From Candidatus Bathyarchaeota archaeon (GTDB lineage Archaea > Thermoproteota > Bathyarchaeia > Bathyarchaeales > Bathycorpusculaceae): 64,000 nucleotides of DNA. Positions within the stretch are counted from its first letter, which is position 1, and the number at the start of each line of letters is the position of its first letter. Below, in pieces: positions 49,435 through 59,148 of the stretch. The stretch is from positions 160,001 to 224,000 of the forward strand of contig CAWHXY010000004.1 of NCBI GenBank assembly GCA_963833575.1. Direction: 5' to 3'. Both the position numbers and the translations under genes were made by a program. The notes beneath the pieces are model-generated. The model saw only the letters and a list, made by a program, of their open reading frames with translations, searched no databases and was not told the origin of the DNA.

Positions 49435-50274
49435 GTGGTGAAAGAAGAGCTTGTTGATAAGCTTCGTGCTTTCAACCTGTCGCCTAATCAAGCTAAGGTT
49501 TATGGCTATTTATGTCAGTTTGATAAAGCAAGTGTCTCCGACATTTCGGAAGTAACTCACATATACGCTCAAGATATTTACAAAACGGTAAAAGAATTAG
49601 AGAAAAAAGGGCTAGTTTTGAAATCTAAAACGCAACCACTAATAATCGAGGCTATCCCAGTTGACAAATCATTACTGACGTTGATTAAGTTAACCGAATT
49701 TAACTACAAAAAGGAAGTAGACTTACTAAAAAAATATTATAAAGAAATTCTAACGGAAAATAAGAAAGGCCATATGAATATTAAGTCCCAGAAAGACAGC
49801 AAGGATACTTTAATAGTTTGTGAAAAAGAAGTACCTGAATCGAGATTTGATGTGGCATTCGATAACTTGAAAGAAGAATTTGATGTGATTTTGGTCCAAA
49901 ATCTTTTGGATTACAGGAACCTCAGTGCTGATTACTACAAATTAAAGTGTAAAGAAATTGCCAAAAAAGGAATAAAAATGAGATTTCTTTTCTTGGGTGA
50001 GGCAATCAGCCGATCTCGAATTGAAGCAACAAAACGTGATTTGCTTACAAATAACTATGAAATAAGGACAGTCGCAATAAAGGATTTCAATACATTCCCT
50101 TCTTTTGCATTAATAGATTTTAATGAACTTTGGCTACGAGTTCCTTCTACAGGGAGAGAAAATGCAACGATCGTTACTAATGTGAAAGAAATTGTTGGAA
50201 TTGCTAAATATCAATTCGAAGTGCTATGGAATGACCATAGTGCAAAAATCGTAGCTAAAAGCCTTACAAACTAA
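49435..50274 (+). CDS. TrmB-family transcriptional regulator
   Basis: FNLSPNQAKVY..L, IYKTVKELEKKGLV; C-terminal effector domain FALID..E. Confidence 0.85.
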   Translation: MVKEELVDKLRAFNLSPNQAKVYGYLCQFDKASVSDISEVTHIYAQDIYKTVKELEKKGLVLKSKTQPLIIEAIPVDKSLLTLIKLTEFNYKKEVDLLKKYYKEILTENKKGHMNIKSQKDSKDTLIVCEKEVPESRFDVAFDNLKEEFDVILVQNLLDYRNLSADYYKLKCKEIAKKGIKMRFLFLGEAISRSRIEATKRDLLTNNYEIRTVAIKDFNTFPSFALIDFNELWLRVPSTGRENATIVTNVKEIVGIAKYQFEVLWNDHSAKIVAKSLTN

Positions 50275-50744
50275 AAGCAGTACAGCAAATTTTAGTTTTA
50301 TAATTACAAGTTATTAATTTTTCAACAAGTATCTTATTTTATGCTTGATCCCTTAGTTTTAAATAAAATACAAACAAATTTCACCTTTAATTTTCCGTGC
50401 AGGGTCGACAAGGCATATGCAACCACGTCACAGATAGTAGTCATTTTCGAAGCTTTTCAAGGACTGATTACTAAACACTTTGCAGTTTTTTTAAGTAACA
50501 TGCTGACTCTGTTGTGCTCGCTCATCTGGAGAGAGCACTGGCTCGATATTTGTTCTGAGTTCGACACTTAACCCAAAAGCTAAGAACTCGGCTTGTTTAC
50601 TTATCTACGCTAATCCAGTTTTGTTTGCAATTTTCAGAGTTATTAAAACTGTTAGAAAGAGAGAATAAATAAAAAATAAATATCGAATCCCGCTAATCGT
50701 CAAGATAAACCCCGATCTTTGCCTTGACTGTGAATACAGTTTTT

Positions 50745-50863
50745 GACAAGGGTTTGCTGAGATTCTGGCACAGAAATATTTTCTTTTAGGAGAAAAAGAA
50801 AAATGCAAATCTCACGAAACTATGGCTTGTGTCGTGAATATTAACCAGAACCTTCTCAGCCCC
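50745..50863. ncRNA. Structured intergenic repeat, copy C (candidate ncRNA)
   Basis: See copy B; followed on the + strand by ATTTTTTT. Confidence 0.65.
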
Positions 50864-50926
50864 ATTTTTTTCTCAAGTGTTTTTTTAGACTAAAAAAGGG
50901 GAAAGATAGTTTTTGTTTTGGCATTT

Positions 50927-53635
50927 TTATGGCTTTTTTCTTACTAACACTAAACCGACCATTACGACTGCAATGATTATTGCGATTGCTGCTACTGCTG
51001 TGTATGTCATCAGGTCGGTTGCTGTTGCCAAGTTTTGTGCAGGAACCGCAGTAGGTGCCTGAGTTGCTGGTGGGTTGCTTGCGTAGAAGGCTGCTGTTGC
51101 GGATGATCCGTAGTATGAATTCGTGCCCGCGAAAGTTGCTGTAACTGTGAAGTTTCCTGATATGGTGGGTGTCCATGTTAGACTGTAGAAGCCGCTTGGG
51201 GTAGATGTTGTAGTGCCTATTGGATAACAGTTGCCGTTTGAATCAGTGACTGAAATCGTAACTGGAACTCCAGTCAAGTTTGTTGGCATTGGTTGCTGCT
51301 CGTAAACAGCTTCCATAAACTGGCTCATGCTAGCGTCAGATACACATGGAAGACCACTGGGGAAGTTCGCTGCAACTGCTTCTTGCTGTGAGCCAGCGGA
51401 GATGTCGGTGATTGTTCCTGAAATCGTTATCGGGGTTGCAGTTGTTACGCCAACAGCAGGAACGGTAACAGTAATAGCGCTTGGTCCCATTCCGTAGCCG
51501 TAAACTTGGTTGTCGTATGCGTTGAGTGTCGTCATAATTCCGTCTGAGACAGCCTTGACACCGTTAACGTCGAAAGCCAGCATGCTCCACACTCCTGTTC
51601 CGTCGGTAAGGTTTAGTGCTAAAATTTTTGCGCTATGGAACAATGGGGGAGCGAACTCGTGTCCTTCAGATAAGATAAGCATTCCTCCAGCAACTACTCC
51701 TCTTCCGAGGGAGGTCCATAAGGGTTCTACGCCATATGGAGAGTCAGTGCCACCGGATGGAGTGTGATATTGCCAATTGATTGCACCAGTGTGAATGTTG
51801 ATGGAATAAACATCTCCTCCTAAAGTCCAAATGTAGATTGTGCCATTTGCAACTATTTGCGACATGCCAAGACTAGTCCAAGGATTAGCATTTGGAAGCG
51901 TTATTGGTCCCCAAAGCTGTGCACCTGTAAGAAGATTGTAGCCGGTAACTGTTTCCGTATTGAGGTTACATTCTACCCAAACTCCATCGCCAATAGCAGA
52001 GCCAGTATTACCATTACCAGTACTCCCGAAAGATACTCGAGTATTTGCTGGTTCGGTTCGATTAACTGGTCCCCATAGTAGCTGTCCGGTATCTGAACTA
52101 TAGCCTGCTTCAACTATCCATCCCGCCTGGAAAGCATCTGAAAAACCGCCTGTACTGCCATATTGTTGCATAAAGATAACTCCACTGCTCATTCCAGAAT
52201 AGCTGAGAGTTATAGGAGCACCTGAGATGTTAGTTGCCAAAGGAGCGGTCCATTCTATTCCGTCACTAAATGGAATTACGGCGCCTTGTGGAGGTCTCCA
52301 GGTCCAAAGATTATTAAGTGGAAAACCTGGTATGACTAGCCCTGTATCGAGTCCGTACTGGAAAATAGCTTTGGTAGAGTTCCAAGCAACTAACGTGGCT
52401 GCAGCTGGATTAGTTGAGTTAACGTAGTAGCATATCAAGTCTCCATTTTGACTCTCCGTAATTTGTGACAATCCAATGCCAAACGGTCCTGCTGGAATGT
52501 TAACAACACTCAATATGTACTTTCCACTCATTGCATCAAACATGTTATATGCGGTTGTTCCTGGTGCAGTTTTGACGCCATCGGGAACTCCGGCGCTCCA
52601 TAAGTATGCTAAGGCTCCGTACTGGTTTGGTGACACATAATTGAATATTTGACCGTTGACTAAAGTTGTGACTGCGCCAGAAGATGTTAAAGCAGTGTGC
52701 TCTGGAGAACCACCGCCGTAGTTGGTGGCATCGTTAGTCCATATTGTTTGTCCAGTGTGTAGGTTTACAGCCACCCAGCTTGTTGGATAAGTTGTGCTTC
52801 CAGGATACGTAGTGTAGTAGAGAATGCCATTCATGATAATTGGTTGGAATTTGACTTCGTACTGTGCAGTTGAGTAATAGTTGCTTTGTAGGGATCCACC
52901 GAATTCTCCACCTATTGTACCTCCGAAGGCCTCAGGTTTTGTCCATAGAACGTGACTAGAAGTTGGAGCTGTAGTGTAGGGGTTATAGTTTCCCGTAGCA
53001 TTATACACTCCACCAAATACGCCGAACCCGAATCCAAGCCAGTTTCCAGCGATTGTGTACCAGTTGTTGTTCAAAGCATTTATCGGGCGTGTCCAGTAGC
53101 TTGTTGGGAGCGGAGTTAATGGCGAGTTTGTTATTGGATCCGATTGAACAGTTAGTGTAAATGGGCTGCTTTGGCTGGGTTGATAATAGTCGCCTATAGC
53201 GGTGCTAGCTGGTTGGCCGGGGTAGAGCGAGGGTGATGGGTTGTCGCCTGCTAAGGTTTGTCCACCGAAAAACGACTGGAGAGTATAGTTGCCAACATTA
53301 GCTGGGGTAAATGTGGTTGACGTTCCTCCTGAACTATCGGAGGAAAACGGCCCTAGTGTTTGTTTGGTTCCATCAGGCGCAGTAACCACGACGGTCATGT
53401 TGTGCCATCTGTCACCAAATTGAGCGTTTGCTGTTGGGGGTGGGCAACTAAGCCATAGGTTGACGAAAACTGTTTGTCCGACGCCTATAGGATTAGGTGC
53501 AACGCTAACGTACATGTATGTTGGAAGTTGCCACGAAGGTGTGTGTGCATCAGCAGTGAAAATTGAGGTTAAATTTGTTGCAACGATTGCTAATAGTAGT
53601 ACAATTGCTAAAATAGTTTTGATTTTCTTATTCAT
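50927..53635 (-). CDS. Secreted, membrane-anchored PQQ-like beta-propeller, paralog of 10086-12941
   Basis: AHTPSWQ, PNPIGVGQTV, LPTSYWTRPI, YDNQVY, DISAG.QQ, TM and RKKP tail. Confidence 0.9.
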   Translation of the reverse strand: MNKKIKTILAIVLLLAIVATNLTSIFTADAHTPSWQLPTYMYVSVAPNPIGVGQTVFVNLWLSCPPPTANAQFGDRWHNMTVVVTAPDGTKQTLGPFSSDSSGGTSTTFTPANVGNYTLQSFFGGQTLAGDNPSPSLYPGQPASTAIGDYYQPSQSSPFTLTVQSDPITNSPLTPLPTSYWTRPINALNNNWYTIAGNWLGFGFGVFGGVYNATGNYNPYTTAPTSSHVLWTKPEAFGGTIGGEFGGSLQSNYYSTAQYEVKFQPIIMNGILYYTTYPGSTTYPTSWVAVNLHTGQTIWTNDATNYGGGSPEHTALTSSGAVTTLVNGQIFNYVSPNQYGALAYLWSAGVPDGVKTAPGTTAYNMFDAMSGKYILSVVNIPAGPFGIGLSQITESQNGDLICYYVNSTNPAAATLVAWNSTKAIFQYGLDTGLVIPGFPLNNLWTWRPPQGAVIPFSDGIEWTAPLATNISGAPITLSYSGMSSGVIFMQQYGSTGGFSDAFQAGWIVEAGYSSDTGQLLWGPVNRTEPANTRVSFGSTGNGNTGSAIGDGVWVECNLNTETVTGYNLLTGAQLWGPITLPNANPWTSLGMSQIVANGTIYIWTLGGDVYSINIHTGAINWQYHTPSGGTDSPYGVEPLWTSLGRGVVAGGMLILSEGHEFAPPLFHSAKILALNLTDGTGVWSMLAFDVNGVKAVSDGIMTTLNAYDNQVYGYGMGPSAITVTVPAVGVTTATPITISGTITDISAGSQQEAVAANFPSGLPCVSDASMSQFMEAVYEQQPMPTNLTGVPVTISVTDSNGNCYPIGTTTSTPSGFYSLTWTPTISGNFTVTATFAGTNSYYGSSATAAFYASNPPATQAPTAVPAQNLATATDLMTYTAVAAIAIIIAVVMVGLVLVRKKP

Positions 53636-53845
53636 TTTTTCTCATCCTTTTGTAGTGAGTTTTTTGCTCGCTAAGGGCTCTTTGCCATAAAAAGTCTTTT
53701 AAGGCTATACCTGCAACCTGAAAAAACCGCGAAATTCTTAGAAAGAACGCAAATTAAACGCACAAAAAAACTTTTAATACTTGCTGATTAACCGTTATGA
53801 ATATCAAATATTGAGCTTAGCAGATTACGTTAAGAGGATTACCCA

Positions 53846-54838
53846 ATGGAAGTAATCAGCGGGCTTGACGCTAGAATATTGAGAGCCCTCTTAGAAGATG
53901 GACGAAAGAGTTACCGAGATATTGCCAGAGAAAACAACATTTCAGAAGACATCATTTTCAGGCATTTAAAGAAAATGGAAAAGAATGGAATAATTGTTGG
54001 AGCAACAACCCAAGAAAACCACCCTGATGTTGGGTATCCTGTTGTTGCTGATATTTATGCCAAAGCGTCGATCACAGACAGAGTCAAGGTTAACATAGAA
54101 AAATATCTAGAGGAAAAAACGAATGCCCATTATGTAATTCCTTTGTTCCTCTTTAACTCGTTAAATAGGTCATTTTCAATAATTATTCTAATGAATAACA
54201 GGAACCAGTTTAACGAGATTAAAAAAGATATCGAGAAATTAATCCTTCCTGAAACAATTTACACCGATTACTGGACTGGCCGAACAATCGAAATGCCTGA
54301 GAACCTGTCGTTTGGACGCTACAAAGAATCTACGTTCAAGGAGATACCGGATATTTATTTCTATAGAAAACCCAGAGTAGACCAAATTGACCTAAAAATA
54401 CTTGAGAAACTCCGAGAGAATGGTCGAATACCATTCGGCGAGATACAAAAGGAAATCGGAGTCTCAATAGATACAATCGCGCGAAAATACCATAGACTGC
54501 GAAAACATGGAATAATCAAAATCACCACACTAATCAACGCTGAAAGGCTCGGTTATTCAGGGATTTTATTCACTAGGATAAAATTAGCATCCCATCGAGA
54601 CATAGATCTTGCACTTCGTTCATTAATAAAAATACCAGATATTTATGCTATTGTTGAGTTATCAGGGTATTATGATCTTCGCGTTTTTATTTTGATAAGG
54701 GATATTAATCATCTATTGGAAATGCAACAGAAAATAAGTAATATTCCTTCTTTTAAGGAAGCTGAAACAATTCTTGTTCGTGAATCCGTTAGTTCTTTCC
54801 CAGGTCCACATCCGCATTGGATTACAAATTGGAGATAG
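53846..54838 (+). CDS. Tandem Lrp/AsnC-family regulator
   Basis: Two HTH_AsnC units: LDARILRALLEDGRKSY and IDLKILEKLRENGRIPF. Confidence 0.88.
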   Translation: MEVISGLDARILRALLEDGRKSYRDIARENNISEDIIFRHLKKMEKNGIIVGATTQENHPDVGYPVVADIYAKASITDRVKVNIEKYLEEKTNAHYVIPLFLFNSLNRSFSIIILMNNRNQFNEIKKDIEKLILPETIYTDYWTGRTIEMPENLSFGRYKESTFKEIPDIYFYRKPRVDQIDLKILEKLRENGRIPFGEIQKEIGVSIDTIARKYHRLRKHGIIKITTLINAERLGYSGILFTRIKLASHRDIDLALRSLIKIPDIYAIVELSGYYDLRVFILIRDINHLLEMQQKISNIPSFKEAETILVRESVSSFPGPHPHWITNWR

Positions 54839-55183
54839 CGATTAAGAGGATAGTTAGAAGAGAAAAGAAACTTTCTTATTCCCAAGAGAGACACCACCCC
54901 CAGAAGACCTATAGTTTTTTTTCATGCAGTCAAGCAATCTGGCTCTTGTTAAACTAATTACTTTGACACATAGAGTCTACGCAGGGTACCTCGCTCATTC
55001 TGCTATCGCAAATTAATGTTTTCCTCAATGAATAAATTGGCGAATATAGTTAGCAATTTTAACGGGAAGATTCCTTAGCTTAATAAAATAATTATCGCAG
55101 GAAATACCAACATAATTCTTAATTATTTGTTATTTTGTGAGGGGTAATTTTTCTATTTTTTTCTTATTTTTTTGCTGTTTTAT

Positions 55184-55260
55184 GTGTTTACTCGATTCCG
55201 ATACTACATATACTTTACCTTAACCTTATGTTATGTGTGTTACCTGAATCGAGTGAACAC
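55184..55260. repeat. Inverted repeat/hairpin GTGTTTACTCGATTC...GAATCGAGTGAACAC
   Basis: 15-bp arms at 55184-55198 and 55246-55260, with one T-G pair. Confidence 0.8.
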
Positions 55261-55315
55261 TTTTGTTATTTTTTTAGTTACCTAACCAATTATCATTATT
55301 TTTAACATGGTTAAC

Positions 55316-55505
55316 GGTAGTCGTGGTCGTCGTAGTGGTTGGTTGGTTGGTTGGATTAAATTTTAATCCTCTCTCTCGGACTCACTGCATCACTGACTGT
55401 CACTGAAACACCCTGTCACATATAATCACTCAATCTCTCCATCACTCAAATTCTCACTATCACTCAGTCACTCATACATACCTACCCTACCTACCTCACT
55501 ATCTC
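55316..55505. repeat. Low-complexity, strand-skewed tract: (GGTT)4, a 17-bp palindrome, many TCAC(T) motifs
   Basis: GGTT x4 at 55337-55352; GGATTAAA-T-TTTAATCC at 55353-55369; recurrent TCAC at 55382-55500. Confidence 0.75.
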
Positions 55506-55712
55506 TAAGACCAGGCAGGCATCTAAGCGAGCAAGCAGGCAGGAGAGCACACAGACGAAAAAGGGTTAAGATTTGATTGTTTAATGGCATGCGATCATAA
55601 TGAATCATGATTATGACGAGTGCGTCAGCCGACTGGAAGAAGGATCGCGGAATAGGATGTAATACTTTTTTCATTACAATTATCAAGAGAATAATTACTT
55701 AGGAAGCAGCAA

Positions 55713-55961
55713 ATGATTGCTTGTTACTTTCATGCAGCAGCAATTCGCAACGGTCACACAAGTAATGGAACTCAAAGATGGAAATGTAAGCGATGCAAAT
55801 CTAACTTTACTTTTGGCAAAATAACAGTAGAAGAAAGACAAGCAGTAATCAAAAATCATAACATAGCAGTCAGAAGAAGAATAAGAAATAAAGTGCTTGA
55901 TCGAAGACCGGATTTGCTCGATCGCCGGCTAGAAGAAATCATTAGAAGAAGAGGCTTTTAG
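55713..55961 (+). CDS. IS1 InsA-like zinc-ribbon small protein
   Basis: CYFH...IRNGHTSNGTQRWKCKRC; no InsB or DDE domain follows. Confidence 0.55.
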   Translation: MIACYFHAAAIRNGHTSNGTQRWKCKRCKSNFTFGKITVEERQAVIKNHNIAVRRRIRNKVLDRRPDLLDRRLEEIIRRRGF

Positions 55962-56134
55962 GAATTGTCACACAACCCAAAAGTAAGACCAAAATTGAAT
56001 CAACGCCAAGCTGCTGTCAAACAAAAGATGCGACATGACATTAAATTTGGCGTTAGCACTAAGACACGAACTCATGAAACAAAGAATGTCTTAAATCTTA
56101 TAACAAATAAGTAATCAGTTAAAAGAGGGATAAC

Positions 56135-56389
56135 ATGTTCGCAAAAGAACCGTTTCCTAATACAACAACTCCCCTATGTGATAGTCTTTTACGAAATCTT
56201 GTTAATGCAGTTGAAAGCACAACACCTTTCGAACAGGCTAAAGCTAATGGATGGTTAGATAGACTTGGTAATCGGAAATGTCAGATTTGCCTAAGTTGGT
56301 TCTTTAGAAACTATTGTAACCATCCATCACCCTTTGTTCAAAACATTGCCAAAAAAGCTTATGATTATGAAATGTCTCTAAATCCATAA
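56135..56389 (+). CDS. Small Cys/His-containing hypothetical protein
   Basis: GAGGGA RBS; CQIC...CNH. Confidence 0.55.
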   Translation: MFAKEPFPNTTTPLCDSLLRNLVNAVESTTPFEQAKANGWLDRLGNRKCQICLSWFFRNYCNHPSPFVQNIAKKAYDYEMSLNP

Positions 56390-56415
56390 AATCCAAAAGA
56401 CGGCTTGAAAAGTCA

Positions 56416-56841
56416 TTAATCTAAATTTGTTCTCTCTAAGAACACTATTACCGACTCACAGATTTTTTTTATTTTGTTCTCTTCAGCTAAATCTAAGTCA
56501 TTTCTCCAAGTTCTTGATTCATGAGCTACATCATTTCGTTTTTCTCGAAGGTCATCTAACGTCTTAAATTCATCATTTTTCAACAATCCCATCTTTTTGC
56601 AGTTTTTCAGAAGCCCAGAAAAAGTTAGACTTTTGAATATTTCTGCTGTCTTCTTCCACTTTTTGTCTTTTGGCTCATTTATTTGTGGTTTAATCCAATC
56701 AGTGAGCAACGACCTAAGGCGTATACCTGCATAAATGTAAGCAATTAACAATGCGAGATGATATTCCTTGTTTCTGAGAAAAGAATTGATTTTGTCTCTT
56801 GCATATGTAGTGGTTTCTTCTCTTTCAGAAAAGTCTCCCAA
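56416..56841 (-). CDS. Stand-alone HEPN-like protein
   Basis: All-helical, with the RxxxxH motif RNDVAH. Confidence 0.7.
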   Translation of the reverse strand: MGDFSEREETTTYARDKINSFLRNKEYHLALLIAYIYAGIRLRSLLTDWIKPQINEPKDKKWKKTAEIFKSLTFSGLLKNCKKMGLLKNDEFKTLDDLREKRNDVAHESRTWRNDLDLAEENKIKKICESVIVFLERTNLD

Positions 56842-56958
56842 ATAGATAGCCTGCTCACAATTATTATGTTTCTTAGTATAAGTAATTATTGCGTTACAGT
56901 TACTGAATATTTTTGTGACATAAAGTTTTAGTAAAACACCCGGCTGTTTGGGAAATCC

Positions 56959-58197
56959 CTAGTGAATTATCATGATTTTTCCATTTTGAATTGTTAGCCA
57001 GCCTCTTTTATTAAGCATAATTCCTGTCAAAGTTGAAGCGATGTTTTGTTTGGTTTCTTCTAAGTAATCAACTATCCTACACAAATCAATCGTTCGTGTT
57101 ATCAAAAGGTTTGAGTTTACTGATTTTTCAATAACATTAGGCGGAAATGGCTCGTTTTTGTTTTCTATTGAGTCGGCAATTCTGAAAGTATTAGCTATTA
57201 ACAAACCTGTTAGTTGCGGCACCTCTCTCGCTTCTCTGTGTTCGTCAAGTTTTGAAATATCTTGTCTAGTCAAGTTTTTGTTTAAACCTTTGACCTCAAC
57301 CATAATTTGTTTTTCTTTCCTCGACATAATCCACAAGTCCTCTTCATAAATCTCATCAGTTTGCGTCAGAAAACCGATTTTCTGCAAAAACGTGTTAATT
57401 GCGAGCTCCAAGTTTTTATCCCCTAGCCACAAAATTGATTTCATTTCCTCATAACGTTCAAGTTTTGTTTGCAAGGGGCGAATTTCTTCTTGCATAATTT
57501 TGTTAATCTCTTCTCTAGCATCTTTTTCTTCTCTGAATTGAAACTGAGATATGTATTTTGGCGGTTGAAGTATTACTCTTGTTGAATAAGATACTAATGC
57601 AGTCGTTAGTCTTTTCAGGTGCTCAACTACATATCCGATACCTGTTGAGCCCCACACAGTTGGAATAAAAAGCAACAATCCCTTGCCTATTTTCTTAGAA
57701 AAACCTGTAACTAAATCTTCGTAAGCATAACAAATGACTTCATCAACTACACTTTGGCTAAAATATGATTGCGTTGCTCCTACATCGTCAATATAAGATT
57801 TAAACTCTGATCTTCTAACTGTAAGATTCCCAACAATTTGCCCCTGCTCAAAATAACCAAAAGGTATCTGATATGAACTAAAAATTCGATTAACTACATA
57901 ATCTTCAATGGTGCCGCCAATGAAACAAACTAATTTGCCTCTTTCTAAGGCAAGATGTATTTCATTTTCCCTTTGAATTGCCGCGGCAGGAGCTGACTTA
58001 ACGGTTTGAGAGTAGCCAAACGTGCTCCTTTCATAACGGTGCGCAAAAACACCGACCGAATAAATAATTATGTCATAATCAGCAAGATGACCGGAAAAGT
58101 CATTATCGGGAAAAGAAATTTCTCCTTCCTCATAACTAATGGATTTAATTCCGCTCATGCCAAAGACAACTATCTTCCGCGAACAACTCATTTGCAA
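56959..58197 (-). CDS. Protein with coiled coil and C-terminal PD-(D/E)XK nuclease-like domain
   Basis: LELAI..FL..IGF...EEDLWI...IMVEVKG...GLLIAN. Confidence 0.65.
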   Translation of the reverse strand: MQMSCSRKIVVFGMSGIKSISYEEGEISFPDNDFSGHLADYDIIIYSVGVFAHRYERSTFGYSQTVKSAPAAAIQRENEIHLALERGKLVCFIGGTIEDYVVNRIFSSYQIPFGYFEQGQIVGNLTVRRSEFKSYIDDVGATQSYFSQSVVDEVICYAYEDLVTGFSKKIGKGLLLFIPTVWGSTGIGYVVEHLKRLTTALVSYSTRVILQPPKYISQFQFREEKDAREEINKIMQEEIRPLQTKLERYEEMKSILWLGDKNLELAINTFLQKIGFLTQTDEIYEEDLWIMSRKEKQIMVEVKGLNKNLTRQDISKLDEHREAREVPQLTGLLIANTFRIADSIENKNEPFPPNVIEKSVNSNLLITRTIDLCRIVDYLEETKQNIASTLTGIMLNKRGWLTIQNGKIMIIH

Positions 58198-58323
58198 TTC
58201 CCTTTACTCTAAAGGTTTACGTTTTGGAAAAAAGGCTTTCTATACTATCTCCAGATGACCATTAAATTCTTCCATGCCAATCGGGGAAATTGAGTTTTTA
58301 TGTTTTTGCGTTCTCCTGCTTTA

Positions 58324-59010
58324 TTAGTTCTTTTGAGTTCTGAAATCACAAAAATAAACGTGGTATGATGACGGGAAAGTTTTGTTTACATTAATTGTTA
58401 TACTGTCTGATACAAAATTCTTTTTTGTTCTGATGCAATCAAAGAATTTTTTGGCCAATTCAAGTGAATATTTGTTGTTAAAATCACTTTTCTCGTTGTA
58501 CGCCTTTTCATATTTGCCCCAGCTTATTTGTTCTGACGCCACATTGACAGATATTTTTCTTAGGTCACGGGACAGCACAATCAAGATAAAGATGTCTGGA
58601 TTCTTCTCAAATATATCTTCAATAATTGGTAACGTCACCTTCCAACTGTGCGATTTGCCTTCTTTTTTTAACGAATTTAGTTCGCTTCTCAGAAGGTCTA
58701 TATTCCATTGAAATTTGTTCATCTCTTTTTCAAGTTTTAACAGGTCTGATTCGTAGTAGAACTTTGCTTCTATTTTCGTATTGTTTACAACCATATCACA
58801 CCATTGATTTTTCCCAAGATTCTTTTCAAGACATAAGTTAAGAAAACCTCTTTTGTACAAATATTTTGCAAGTAAGTAGCACATAGGACGCTCCTGTTTG
58901 ATGTGCGCTCCATATGCACTGAGGTCTATCAATTCCTCTACGTAGGGTTTAGAAAGCATAACACTTTTCAAAGTTTCAATTTCCAATTGTTGAATATTCC
59001 TTTCTGCCAT
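58324..59010 (-). CDS. PD-(D/E)XK nuclease-like hypothetical protein
   Basis: QERP...LEK...CDMVVNNTKIEAKF. Confidence 0.6.
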   Translation of the reverse strand: MAERNIQQLEIETLKSVMLSKPYVEELIDLSAYGAHIKQERPMCYLLAKYLYKRGFLNLCLEKNLGKNQWCDMVVNNTKIEAKFYYESDLLKLEKEMNKFQWNIDLLRSELNSLKKEGKSHSWKVTLPIIEDIFEKNPDIFILIVLSRDLRKISVNVASEQISWGKYEKAYNEKSDFNNKYSLELAKKFFDCIRTKKNFVSDSITINVNKTFPSSYHVYFCDFRTQKN

Positions 59011-59148
59011 CAGGATTCCAGCTGCTTCAGATTAATCTAATTGCAACGTTAATGAAGCGCAGAGTTTAATGCTTTTGCGCGCTATCATCAGTATCTAAAC
59101 TCCATAATTGTTAAAACTGCTTCAGAACAAACAATTTAACGATTAAAG

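Noticed and set aside
55713-55961. Active IS1 element
   Set aside because: Only an InsA-like zinc ribbon; no InsB/DDE frame or terminal inverted repeats recognised.
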